Shown here: positions 1 to 11,386 of the stretch, in pieces
Position numbering within the stretch: the first letter of the stretch is position 1
How the letters are laid out: every line of letters begins with the position of its first letter
From: Torpedo marmorata
Taxonomy: Eukaryota
Direction of reading: 5' to 3'
Length of the DNA stretch: 64,000 nt
Assembly (NCBI GenBank): GCA_977017645.1
Contig: OZ360249.1
Coordinates: 6,510,001 to 6,574,000, forward strand
The notes under the pieces: model-generated
What the model saw: the letters and a program-made list of their open reading frames with translations, nothing else
Databases searched by the model: none
Told to the model about the DNA's origin: nothing
Made by a program: the position numbers and the translations under genes

Positions 1-1587
1 GGTCTGCCCAGATGGTTGGGTTTGTGTATCTTGGGTAGAAGGTAGAAACGGGCAGTGCGGGGGTGGAGGAGAATGAGGTTGGTGGCCATGGAGGGGAGGT
101 GACCGCAGGTGATGAGGTCGGGGATGGTGTTGGAGACAGTGGCTTGATGTGCAGTGGTGGGGTCCTGTGGGAGGGGTCGGTAGGAGGAGGTGTCTGAGAG
201 CTGTCAACTGGCCTCGGCAAGGTAGAGGTCAGTGCGCCAGACCACAACCGCACCGCCCTTGTCTGCGGGTTTGATGGTGAGGTTGGGATTGTTGCAGAGA
301 GAGTGGAGGGCAGAGCGTTCTGAGGAGGTGAGGTTGGAATACGAGAGGGGGGTGCTGAAGTTGAGACGGTTGATGTCTCGGCGGCAGTTGGAAATAAAAA
401 GATTCAGAGCGGGCAGCTGGCCAGGGCGAGGTGTCCAGGAAGAGGAAGAAGGCTTGAAGCGGGAGAAAGGGTCTTGGGTGGGGGGTGGAGTGTCACGGTC
501 ATGGAAGTGAGCCCGGAGGCGGAGGCGACGGAAGAAGAGTTCGGCATCACGGCGTGCGCGGAACTCGTTGAGGTGTTGGCGGAGGGGAACGAAGGTGAGG
601 CCTCTACTGAGGACGGAGCACTCCGTCTCAGAGAGGGGAAGGTCGGAGGGGATAGTAAAAACCAAGCAGGGGTTAGAGTCGGGATCGGTGTTGTGGAGGG
701 TGTTGGGGGGAGGGGGAGGTTTGGGGAGGTCAGAGGGGGGAGGTGGAGGGTGGGGGAGGTTGGAGGGAGGAGGAGGGGTGTTGGTGGGGGGAGGGGGGGT
801 CAGAGGGGGGAGGTGGGGAGTGGGGGAGGTAGGAGGGTGGAAGAGGGGGGTAGGGAGGGTTGCCAGAGAGAGGTGGGGGATGGAGGGAAGGGAAGGGATG
901 AGGTCTGAGGGTTGGGGAGGAGAGGGGGGCAGAGATGGGGAGATGGGGGTGGAGTAGGGAGAGGTGTAGGAGGATAGGGAAGGTGTATTGAGGGGGATAG
1001 GTAACTGGGATTCAGTAGAGAGATTAGGACTCCAGTGGCAGTCAGCGTGGGAGGCTCCAGCAGGTAACAGTCTGTGTCGGGAGTCGGCAGTGGAGGCATC
1101 GGGAACTCTGGTGAGTAGAGGCTCGGGGTCCGGGCTGGGGTGGGCGGCCGTAGCGTCGGGAGTACCTTAGTGTCGGCGCCCGGGGCGCGGGTAGGAGTGG
1201 GCGGCTGTGGCGTTGGGAGCTCCGGTGAGACGGCGGCCGGGGTCCAGGGTCGGGTCGGCGGCCGCGGCGTTGGGAGCTCTGGTCCTCACCTGTCCTTCCT
1301 GTTTTTCTCCACCCACCCAGCCATCCCTCCTCCCCCTCTTTTCTGCTGTCCCCTCCCTCCTTTCTCCACCTATCATCTCCTGCCTTTGCCACCCCCCTTC
1401 CCCCCTCACTCTTTTGTTCGGACGCCTGCCGGCATTTTCTCATACTTTGATGAAGGGCTCAAGCCCGAAACGTCGGTTATGTATTTCCACCTTTGCTACA
1501 TAAAAGACACTGTTTGACCTGCTGAGTTTCTCCAGCATTTGTGTTTTTTACTTCAACCACGGTGTCTACAGATTTTCGTGTTTTACA
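1..1587 (-). mobile_element. Penelope-like retroelement, 5' part (RT N-terminus) with inverted pseudo-LTR at ~1280-1587; continues off the window to the left
   Basis: Minus-strand ORF 665-204 has PLE motifs (VLSRGLTFVP, SNLTSSERSAL, TIKPADKGGAVVVW). The same frame continues past a TGA to ...RTARFYLLPKIHKP. Segment 1400-1587 matches the PLE terminus at 3262-3420 in opposite orientation. Confidence 0.9.
1441..1481 (+). ncRNA. Minimal type I hammerhead ribozyme motif in PLE pseudo-LTR (U3 core variant)
   Basis: cauacu-UUGAUGA-A-GGGC(UCAA)GCCC-GAAA-CG-UC-gguuaug; predicted cleavage after GUC at 1474. Confidence 0.7.
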
Positions 1588-2018
1588 AATGAAAGGCTTA
1601 ATCTTTCCCAAGCTGGTTAATTAAAAAAAGCCATCACAAAGTGTTAAAAAGGAGTGAGATCAATTCAAAACGATCTTTATCTCACGTTCAAAATCTTTAA
1701 ATCCTTTAAATAAACAGTTGGTTGATCATGAGAATAATATATGTAGGAAATGTATTTGGGATAAAAAAAGAAGTGAAATGTAGAGCATAAAATTGGAAAG
1801 TGATGCAAAAGTTATCTAAAATACCTTTTGTTGCTTGAAATAAAATTAAATCAGTGAGTGAGAGGACACACTAATGGGACACAATGTTCACAGGCAATTC
1901 CTCCAACCATTCTCACACAGATGTGTCTGCCCTTGGCATCATCCATTGCCAGGGTGAGGCCAAATGTAAACTTGAGGAACAACTCATTATCTTCCTCCTG
2001 CACAGCCTTAAACCTAAT

Positions 2019-2268
2019 GGGTGGCACGTTTAGCATAGCGGTTAGCGCAATGCTATTACAGTGCCAGCAATCTGGGTTTGAACCTGCTGCTGTTTGTAAG
2101 GAGTTCATATGTTCTTCCTGTGTCTGATTTTCTCCCACGTTCCAAAGATGTACAGAGCTATCAGGTTAATTTAGCAGGTTAGTTGGTCACATGGGTGTAT
2201 TTGGATGGCACGGGCTTGTGAGCCAGAAGGGCCTGTTACCATGCTGAATCCCTCAATTAAAATTTAAT
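2019..2268 (+). mobile_element. tRNA-derived V-SINE (HE1-like)
   Basis: tRNA-like head with A/B boxes, partial V-domain, CR1-like tail 'gaagggcctgttaccatgctg'. Confidence 0.85.
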
Positions 2269-2438
2269 TCATGGCATGACCATTAATTTTGGATAACTCC
2301 CACCTCCATCTGGTTCCATTGTTTACCTCTTTTTTAGCTACCCCTATACTTCACCCCCCCCCACCCCCTTCCCAGTTGTCTCTCCCTCAGTCTGTCTCTC
2401 CATCTCTCCCACCTTCTGCCCAATATCCTATCACCTAT

Positions 2439-2690
2439 CACGGTTAGCGTAGCGGTTAGTGCAATGCTGTTATATCGCCAGCGACTGGGGTTCGAATCCG
2501 GCGCTGTCTGTAAGGACATTGTGCGTTCCCCCCCCCGTGTCTGTGTGGGTTTCCTCCAGATGCTCCAGTTTCCTCCCACCCTTCAAAACTTATGGGGTTG
2601 TAGATCAATTGGGTGTAATTAGGTGACACAGGCTCATGGGCCGAAAGGGCCTGTTATCCTGCTCTATGTCCAAACTTAAATTTAAAAATT
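2439..2690 (+). mobile_element. V-SINE (HE1-like)
   Basis: B box ggttcgaatcc; V-domain gtgggtttcctccagatgctccagtttcctcccac; tail gggccgaaagggcctgtt. Confidence 0.9.
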
Positions 2691-3260
2691 TGGCCCTTCC
2701 CTAGATTCTTTCCCCATTCATAAACGTAATATCACCTACTTTTTACTTTTGTCTCAGTGAAGGATCCCAACCCGCAACATTGACTGACCGTTCCTACACA
2801 TCAGCTACCCAGTCAGTTGCCTGACCCACTGAGTTTTTGCAGAAGATCATTGTTTTTTCCACAGGAACATGTTTGACATCTTTTTGTTCACAATCCAAAA
2901 GTTCTTTATTCTTTTCTCAAAGTAACACTAATGATTTTAATATCCTTTCAGGTGATATTTGTGTTATGTCCTGTGAAAAGAAAGGTTTTGCAAAGATATG
3001 TTATGCGAATGATCCTGAGGTTCTTGTTCTAAGTTATCTCTGAAGGTTGAGAACAAATGCAGCAACATCAGATGAGAGCCCTCAAATCACCTCTTTCTAT
3101 CCTTACTCACAAATGGATAGGGGAGATAAAGAAACTCGTGTATGCCAAGGCGTCATTTGGGAAATATCTGCAATGAGATCAATCTGGAACTCCGGGGAGA
3201 CTGAGATCAGTTACTTGGTGCTGTCTTTGCTATTTCCATGTAATTCCTATCTAAATCTGA

Positions 3261-3697
3261 AGTAAAAACACAATGCTGGAGAAACTCAGCAGGTCAAACA
3301 GTGTACTTTATATAGCAAAGATAAAGATACATAACCAAAGTTTTGGGCTTGAGCCCTTCATCAAGGTATGAATAAAATGTAGGCAGGCACTCGAACAAAA
3401 TGGTGGGGGGTGGGAGGACCACGGTCCTACAGGCAGGAGATAATAGGTGGATAAGGGAGGGAGGGCACACCAGCAAACAGAGGGAGATGGCTTTGTGAAT
3501 GGAGAGGGAAGAGGGTGGAGAGCTGGAGGAAAGGAGACAGAGGGATGGGGAAGAGAGGGAGAATGGGGAGTGGGCTAGCAGAAACCGGAGAAGTCCATGT
3601 AAATGCCATCCGGTTGAAGAGTGCCCAGATGGAAAATTAGGCGTTGCTCCTCCAATTTACGGGTGGCTTTGGGTTTGACAGCGCATGAGGCATTTAC
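3261..3697 (-). mobile_element. 5'-truncated PLE (GIY-YIG end plus pseudo-LTR) with 16-bp TSD
   Basis: Minus strand reads KLEEQRLIFHLGTLQPDGIYMDFSGF; TSD tcctatctaaatctga at 3245-3260 and 3698-3713; mutated hammerhead at 3330-3370. Confidence 0.85.
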
Positions 3698-4929
3698 TCC
3701 TATCTAAATCTGAGCCTGATCAGAGGCAAAGGCGCATCAGAAATGTCGGAGGCCACCGGGTGTGAGTTAGCACCTCAACAAATAGTGGCACTGAATGACT
3801 GAACCCTGAATTACTGAAGCAAATATTGCTATGGCGTCAATGTAACTTCACTGCAATATCTTCTCACTCTTCAGTACATGAGTGAGACCACCACTGAATC
3901 TGAGAATGAATATATTTTAAACCTAGGGAACCTTTGACTATGGCCCAAGATCATTCATGAGGAAAAGACATTAGATTTTGGGATTGAACAAATAAACCGT
4001 GTTCCTTTATATGGTCTTTTCATTTCCTCTGCTAGTTATTTGACATAGAATAGTGTGCAGGGTGGTGCATTTCTGCTGGGAAGCACACATAGGTGTGAAC
4101 ATTGCCCAGACTAGTCCAGATCTCACTTACCCCCCTCCTTGCTCCACAATCAATGGTTACTGTCTTCACTTATAGTTGGACGTCGTTAGGGACCTTGGAA
4201 TAGTACAGGAGGGGAGAATCTTTTTTTTAGAAAAAGAAAGCAAATTTCTTTGTGTAAATTGATTGATCCTACTGTGCAAACAGAGTGAATTATCATGTGT
4301 TTTTTTCCTCACTGCTGGCCTATAATCCCCCTCAGGCCTAGAGCTCAATATTGGAATGTTTCTTACCCACATTCCTTAACACTTCAACCCGGTACCTGCA
4401 CAATAACCAGTTTCTTTCTCCTCTATGTTGTTCTGTGAGGAGATTTCAATAATCAATAAGGGGTAGGCTGTGAAAATCTGGCTTCTTTGTGCTATTTTAA
4501 TTCAATTGAAATCTCTCGGCCTCTACACTGAATGGTGGTATTGTGTACACTTCATCTAGCTCTCACTGACAAGAACTGCTTAAAACTCAAGAGTCTCTGT
4601 CCATTTATTAAGTATGTTACGAATTGCTTGTTAATGATATTTTCTCACCAGACGGGCTTGCACCAGTTAGATCCTGTCTAAGACACATGTTTGTTTGTCT
4701 ATGCAAATAACATATGCACCAAATTTCCTAACTGATTCAGTGGGTGCACATTCTCGTTAAAAGCCTCAAACTTAAATCAAATTTAAAGAGTGAATCAAAT
4801 TTGCATTTTTAAAAAATAATATCGAGGTCTCCTGCTAGCTCAGTTATTTGTCTCTATTGAGGGAAACACCTTTAATGGTTACAATTTTGGCAATTAGGGA
4901 TTTGCCTTTTTTTAAAAAAAAATCAATTA

Positions 4930-6661
4930 CCGTACATTTCCACGTATAAGTCGAGTCTTGAATGCTTCAAAAATCTCTCAAAAAATGGGGGTGGACTTAT
5001 ACGCCAGATATACTTTTGAGATCTTAAATTCAACTCAAAAAACCGCTTGACGCCGCTTCGGCGTATAAGTCGACCCTTGAAAACCGATTCGGTGTATAAG
5101 TCGACCAAAAAAAACGGAAAAAGAACCCCAACTACAACAAATTTTCATGCTACCAGTTTATTAGAACAAAATTTTTATTGAAAAAAAACCATATTTAGAA
5201 TATTTCAAAATCACTATCATCGTCTGAGGCAAAGATCGCAGCACGCACATCCATACTCTCACTGTTTAAACAGTCATCATACGGGTCCCAGTCTGTATCT
5301 GATGAGGCGGCTTCAGCTTCGTCGTCATTGTCCCACAATAAATCATCTTCCGTACCATCAATAGCACAAGAGATACCGCACTTTTTAAACGATTTTATTA
5401 CAGTCTCTACTTTCACTTTATCCCATGCTTTGAGCACAAATTCACACAACGCATCAAGTGATGCAGCACGCATTGCCCCGCCTTTTGTGAATGATTTTTC
5501 TGCACTCGTCATCCATATATTCCATTCTTCGCGCACATGGTTTTTGAATGGCTTGTTCAAGCAGACATCGAGAGGCTGCAATAGAGACGTCAAACCACCC
5601 GGGATAACCTCCATGTAAGTATTATGTTGTGCTAATCTACTTTTAGTCTTCTCAGTTAAGTGGCTACGAAACATATCCCAGACCAGCAAACTCCGTTCCT
5701 TGTGTAAACCGCCTGGCCGCCTGTTCCACACATTGTCTATCCATAGTTTTACACCATTTTCATCCATCCATCTTTTTTCATGAAAATGTACAAAAATACC
5801 TGCTGAGAATTTTATTTTAGGTTTAAGTTTGCGCTTGAAGATTACCATGGGTCTTAACTTTGTCCCGTCGGCCATGCACGATAACACCACGGTAAACCTG
5901 GTCCTTTCATGTCCTGTACTTCTGGTTTGCACAGTTTTCACACCTTTACATTCCACTGTTCTATTGCCTATCATGTCAAAATTCATGGGGGTTTCGTCCA
6001 TGTTTCCAATATTTACCAATGCAAACTGGTGTTTCTGCCGGTTACGTAAAATAAACTGGTGAAAACTTACAACTTTATGATCAAGATCTTTTGGTAGTTT
6101 CTGAGCAATTTTTGTTTTTTGATTTTTCCTGTTCATGAAACGGTTGCACCAGCCTACTGTAGCTTCAAAATCTTTATTGCGTTCTGGGTGCGACTTTGCC
6201 CACTTCAGTGCAAATGCTCTTATTTTATTTCGTGTGACTATGTAGCAATCTTGCCCCTGTTCACGTACTCATGTTGCGACGTGATTTACCAACTCTGGCC
6301 AACGAGTGATTCCTCTTCTTATCGAACATTGCCTTTTTGGTATTTTTCTTAAAGTATCTTCTTTCTTTCTCCAATCTCTTACCAACTTCTCATATACAGT
6401 GTATCAAATTTTCTTGCAGCAGCACAGTTGCTGGATTTCTTGGCCATTTCTATTACTTTTAACTTAAAACTCGCTTCATACTTTCGTCGTTTTGCTGCAG
6501 CCTCCATGATAACAAACACCCTCAGCCAACACCCAACAGCTCAATCATCGCGATTTTTGGGGGGTCGACTTATACGGCCGATATATGATAAAACCATTAA
6601 ATGAGGCTGAAAATGGGGACCCGACTTATCTGCCAGTCGACTTGTATGTTGAAATATACGG
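4930..6661 (-). mobile_element. Full-length pogo-superfamily DNA transposon (POGK/Passer-like, DD35D), inactive
   Basis: TA TSDs at 4928-4929 and 6662-6663; imperfect TIRs ccgtacatttccacgtataagtcga / tcgacttgtatgttgaaatatacgg; subterminal tataagtcga repeats at both ends. Confidence 0.92.
5195..6507 (-). pseudogene. Frameshifted pogo transposase (Brinker-type DBD, CENP-B HTH remnant, DDE_1 domain)
   Basis: ATG at 6507 gives MEAAAKRRKYEASFKLKVIEMAKKSSNCAAARKF, then a frameshift into EKLVRDWRK. ORF 6136-5195 has MDETP, VWDMFRSH and QPLDV, with 35 aa between the 2nd and 3rd D, and an acidic tail. Confidence 0.9.
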
Positions 6662-6684
6662 TAATTTAATTGATTTAACCGATT

Positions 6685-6934
6685 GGGGTGGCGCGATTAA
6701 TGTAATGGTTAGCGCAACACTATAACAGCGACAGCGACCTGGGGTTCGAATCCCGCGCTGTCTGTAAGGAGTTTGTATGTTCTTCCCGTGTCTGTGTGGG
6801 TTTTCCCCAGGGGCTCCGGTTTCCTCCCACCATTCAAAACGTACCGGGGTTGTAGGTTAATTGGGTATAATTGGGCAGCACGGGTTCGTGGGCTGAAAGG
6901 GCCTGTTACTGTGCTGTATGTCTAAATTTAAAAA
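6685..6934 (+). mobile_element. V-SINE (HE1-like)
   Basis: Full head, V-domain and tail match to the other copies. Confidence 0.9.
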
Positions 6935-7132
6935 TGAGAGACTATAAAAGGCACTGGAAAACAGAAAAAGAGAAAACTGACTGCATTTTGATTTCAATCC
7001 TACCCCTTCAATGAATCTTGTACAATTCTTCACTAGTCGGAGAATCTTAAATGAAGGGACTGTCACGAGATTAGAGGGCAATCATTTAAAAGTGAGATGA
7101 TTAGGAACTTGTCTTGCAGAAGATGGTTCCTC

Positions 7133-7310
7133 TCTGTAAGGAGTTTTTTACGTTCTGCCTGTGTATGTGTGGGTTTCCTCCGGGTGCTCCGGTTTCTTCC
7201 CACCTTTCAAAACGTGCAAAGGTTTTAGGTTAATTGGGGAATTTGGGCGGCATGGACTCGTGGGCCGGAAGAGCCTGTTACCGTGCTGTATGTTTACATT
7301 TAAATTTAAA
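7133..7310 (+). mobile_element. 5'-truncated V-SINE
   Basis: V-domain and tail only; preceded by a short decayed CR1-like 3' piece (~7040-7135). Confidence 0.85.
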
Positions 7311-7511
7311 ATGTAATTTTTTTCTTTTGTAATTTTGCTGGCCAACTCTCCTGGCTTCGAGAACAATTCCATTTTGCTGATGTACAGTTGGGGATCTTGG
7401 GGGTAGCATATGTCCACATATTGAAAAGGAAACCAGGCAAACTTCAAGCCATAGTGTCACACTTGGAGAAGGCGAAGAGTTGATGGTGTTCCTCAACTCA
7501 TACAGTAATGA

Positions 7512-7751
7512 AATTTTAAATTTAATTTGAAATACAGCACAGTAACAGGCCCTTCCGGCCCACGAGCTCGTGCTGCCCAATTAACCTACAACCGCTGTAT
7601 GTTTTGAAGGTGGCAGGAAACCGGAGCACCCAGGGGAAACCCATGCAGACACGGGGAAAATGTACAAACTCCTTACAGACAGCGCAGGATTCAAACCCGT
7701 GTCGCTGGTGCTGCAATAGCGTTGCGCTAACCACTACGCTAACTGTGCCAC
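7512..7751 (-). mobile_element. V-SINE (HE1-like)
   Basis: Reverse complement of the family consensus, full length. Confidence 0.9.
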
Positions 7752-7769
7752 GGTTGTGAACCTCATCAT

Positions 7770-8113
7770 GTCTCGAAACTGGCTGAAGGGGTACCAGGTA
7801 CCGGAACCGGGATGCGAGGGGGTGCCGAAGGCACTGAAGGGTTCCTGACCGTGTTGGACGTTCGGATCTGGAGCTCGGGTTGCCAATGGTTTGGACTGGA
7901 CTCTGTGGCTGCGGAGGCTGAGGAAGCGCTGGAGGCGAATCTACGGACACTCGGTGACTCTTGGGGGACTCTCTTTTGCTTCTCTTTCTCTGACTGTAAG
8001 AGGCGCTTCAGGCAATTTCTGCCGATGGCGAATCTGTCTGCCTTACAGCAGGCAAAAGCAATTTCGTGTAATATGACACTGTTTTTATTACATGACAATA
8101 AATTTGATCTTGA
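7770..8113 (+). mobile_element. 5'-truncated copy of the GC-rich non-autonomous element (Rex1-like tail)
   Basis: Highly similar to 55660-55990; ends catgacaataaatttgatcttga. Confidence 0.85.
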
Positions 8114-8289
8114 TCATTTCCCAATCACTCAGCATAATGTTGCAAAAGTCCATGATTTATTTTATATGGGTTGTTATAAGCATTTTTATTTAATCAGATA
8201 GATATACGTACTTAAATACACTTTACAAAGTGCTGATTAGACATGAATAATTCTGCGAACCTGCAAGGAGTTCAGCAATGGAGTTCAGT

Positions 8290-8670
8290 AATGCCATGGT
8301 TAAATTAAAAGGAGAGATTATATAAGTCGCCTTGCATTCCCTGAAATTTAACGAATCTTCTAATTCAATGACTTAAGAGGAACTGATAGGACAGATAAAG
8401 AAAAATCCTTTCTGCATTTTGAGGAATCTAAAGGTGGGGGGCACAGTCTTAAAAAACATATTGTGCCAGGTCCTTCATCTCTGGCCAACCCAACTCACAT
8501 TTTCGAATTTCTTTCCTCAATGTCAATGATCAATTTTAAACTGTGATTGGTGAATCAATGGTACATTTTGGATAATGGCAAAAGCCTGCTGTATGAATTC
8601 AGGCATCGTCATTGCATTCAATGGAAGAACAGGCACGTGAGGCCAAGTGCCTCATGTTCCTACGTTCCCA
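8290..8670 (+). mobile_element. Highly decayed CR1 3' fragment
   Basis: Remnants 'cttgcattccctgaaattta', 'gggcacagtcttaaaa' and tail 'ggaagaacaggcacgtgaggccaagtgcctcatgttcctacgttcc'. Confidence 0.45.
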
Positions 8671-9144
8671 GATTCCTATGCTTGCATCTCTTTTTTAATT
8701 TAGTAGATTTTTTCCGCTTTTAAATTTTTTGAAGGCCATCTCAAAATTGGCTAGTAGTTTCCATCATTGCAGCGATGACAACACTTGAAATAAAAGAAAA
8801 TCATTAGGATATCATGAAAGGAATGTGAAAGGTGAGATATAAATGCAAATCATCCATTTATTTCCCAAATGCTTCTCAAGGTTAATATGGATTAGATACA
8901 AATGATAAGTTTCCTCTTCACGCTCTATTCAAGTATTTCAAGGCCAGGCACAGCATGAAATACTGTAGATATAACGCTCCTAAGTATTGTGCGAAGATGT
9001 TTCACAATTAAGTGAATACATTAGTTTGCCTTTTTATAACACGATGTAGACTCGGACTTAAGGGTACCATAAAGGGCACATTATACTGGGCAGGAGGGCA
9101 ATAAGGTTGACAGGAGCTTCAAAGGAATCAAACAGGAACGTTTG

Positions 9145-9266
9145 AAAGGAGACATGAGAGAATGCAGATGCTGGAATCTGGAGCTTGCAGAACTCAACGG
9201 GTCAAGCAGCATCAGTGGAAGAAAAAGAATGGCCAATATTTCGGGTCTGTACCCTTCATCAAGACA
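9145..9266 (-). mobile_element. PLE pseudo-LTR relic with hammerhead motif (9231-9265)
   Basis: Minus strand gtc-TTGATGA-A-GGGT(ACAG)ACCC-GAAA-TATT-ggc; 'tgcagatgctggaatctggagc' terminus. Confidence 0.65.
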
Positions 9267-9399
9267 AGTGTGAATTTGACTGTACAGAGAGAAATGTTCA
9301 GTTTATTGCTGAGAGCTGAAAGTTCCCACGGAGTAGGCAAAAAAACTGCTAATTTGGAGATTGAGAGTGATTTGGAGGAAATGGGAAATTAATTATCTG

Positions 9400-10440
9400 A
9401 GAAATGGGAATTGCACATGTGAGTTTATGAATGAAGAATATGGTATCAATAGAGAGTGAAAAGAACATAAAGGAGTTAAAGAAGGAATGTGAGAATCTCA
9501 AGAACATGGGAATCAAAGAAGCTCGCATGAATCAATTTAAATGTGTAGGAAGTGGAAGCTTGGAGCCTTGAGGTAGAACGGTGGAGTGACGCAGGCTTGC
9601 AGAAAGCATGTGGATAATGATTTCATTGGCTGGACGTGAAAAGGAGTGATCCATAAGTCAGAGCGAAGGGAAGGTCCCAATGATGTTTGGATTAGGGCAG
9701 CAAACTCTACCTGACATTGTGACTATCTAACCTCAGCTTGGAGGTTTCAGCCGAAATAGTAATAGAGGCAATTAAGAGTTTGCGCTGCAAGTGCTTGAAT
9801 TTTCCAGGTAATTTTTCAGAGGAATTCTGGATCATTCATGCTCTGTAAAATATGTTCTATTAATAAGTCAAATATCATGAGCCAAAGCATTTTGAAGCAA
9901 TTGTATTTTATTTCAGAATTTATTTTTTGCTATTCAATTTATATTGCAACCTATTTTTGTACAGCTAAACTACAGAGGCAGCAAATCAGATAATTGAATT
10001 CTGTGCATTTCTTTACAGTTTTTGTATAACAAATGAATATTTGCTACAACTTTGGGAAGGTTCTCTACTCTTGCACCAAATGACATCATGAGATCTTCCA
10101 TCCAAGAAAGTCAGCAATAAATCATCTGTTTAGCATCTCAGAAAATGCAATACTCAATCAATAATTTTTGGATAGCAAGTAAATGGCTGTGTGGATCCCT
10201 AACATATGACAGAGGTGACTTTCATGAACGGGGTGGTGAAGCTATAATATCTCAAGATGTTATCGGTAGGCATGAAATATGCAGGTGTAATTTTTATGTT
10301 GAAGAAAATGGGATAGTGCACTGTGCTGAAGGCTGTCCTACAGTCAAGCAGGATAAAGAGGAATCAAGGATTGTTCTGTCGGGGGATCAGGGTGAGGGTT
10401 AATTGTCATGAATTCTAACAATAGGATCATTGGTCAGGTG
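9400..10440 (-). mobile_element. Ancient L2-like LINE fragments
   Basis: Minus strand ~10315-10360 reads ILLDCRTAFSTVH (cf. the L2 motif LLDLSAAFDTVDH); purine-rich decayed flanks. Confidence 0.4.
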
Positions 10441-11140
10441 GTAGGGTTGGTTAACAGAGAATGTCCTCTTTGCCCACAGGTTCGGGCCACTCACTAATCA
10501 CCAAATTATTAGGTACACACTTTGCATATTCAACATCCTCCATGCATTTGCAGGTCAAATGCTTGGAGGAACTGGAAAGACAATTACACACTTTGTGCAA
10601 CTTGCATGAAGTCCCTGATGTTTTCAAAACGTTTTATTTTCTATTCAATTTCTATTGGTGTGCAAACTCCTAACACGATGTAATCCAATTGCTTAGCAGT
10701 TTTACATTCAACTGGGCTAAATCACCTCTGCCCATTATAAGAATTTGAATAAGTATAAATGAGGCCAAACTGATGTAAATGTTCGTTTATCCCATTCATT
10801 ATTTTTCTATTATCTGGACCTTTCTCTTTTTTGACCTGTGGTGACTTCAAGCACAAAAATCCCTTTGTGATTTATCCCAATCCTCTTAAAATACAGTTAT
10901 GATTAACTCAGAACATAATTATTTAATTCCATCCATCCATCAAGCTATTTGATTTTAAAGATAAGTAGTGGCAACTTCCGATAGTATTGAATCAGAGTTC
11001 ATCTTTAGACATGATATGAACAAAAGTGTAAGTGTAAAATGTTTTAGCATATAGTTTGACTTAAACATGCCAATTTATGTCCCAGTTATTATGATAAAAA
11101 ATAAAAATGAAAATAAGAGTTGGTTATAATAAGAATATAA

Positions 11141-11386
11141 TTTTTTTTAGACATACAGCACAGGCCATTTCGGCCCACAAGTCCGTTCCGCCCAATATGC
11201 ACCCAATTGACCTACATCCCCGATATGTTTCGAACGGTGGGAGGAAACCGGAGCCCCCGGAGAAAACCCACGCAGACACGGGGAGAACGTACAAACTCCT
11301 TACAGACAGCGCGGGACTCGAACCCGGGTCCCGATCACTGGCGCTGTAAAGGCATTGCGCTAATCGCTACGCCAACTGTGCCGCCC
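11141..11386 (-). mobile_element. V-SINE (HE1-like) with probable TSD aataagaa
   Basis: Consensus match; aataagaa at 11128-11135 and 11387-11394. Confidence 0.9.

Larger units (their letters stand above)
1870..2865 (+). mobile_element. Old PLE 3' fragment (GIY-YIG C-terminus plus pseudo-LTR relic) interrupted by two V-SINEs
   Basis: Translates NHSHTDVSALGIIHCQGEAKCKLEEQLII, similar to the PLE copy at 43361-43645; degenerate hammerhead at ~2752-2785; tail 'cctgacccactgagttttt'. Confidence 0.65.

Noticed and set aside
232-1517. Overlapping G/R/P-rich ORFs on both strands
   Set aside because: Shadow frames of the low-complexity, GC-rich PLE 5' region
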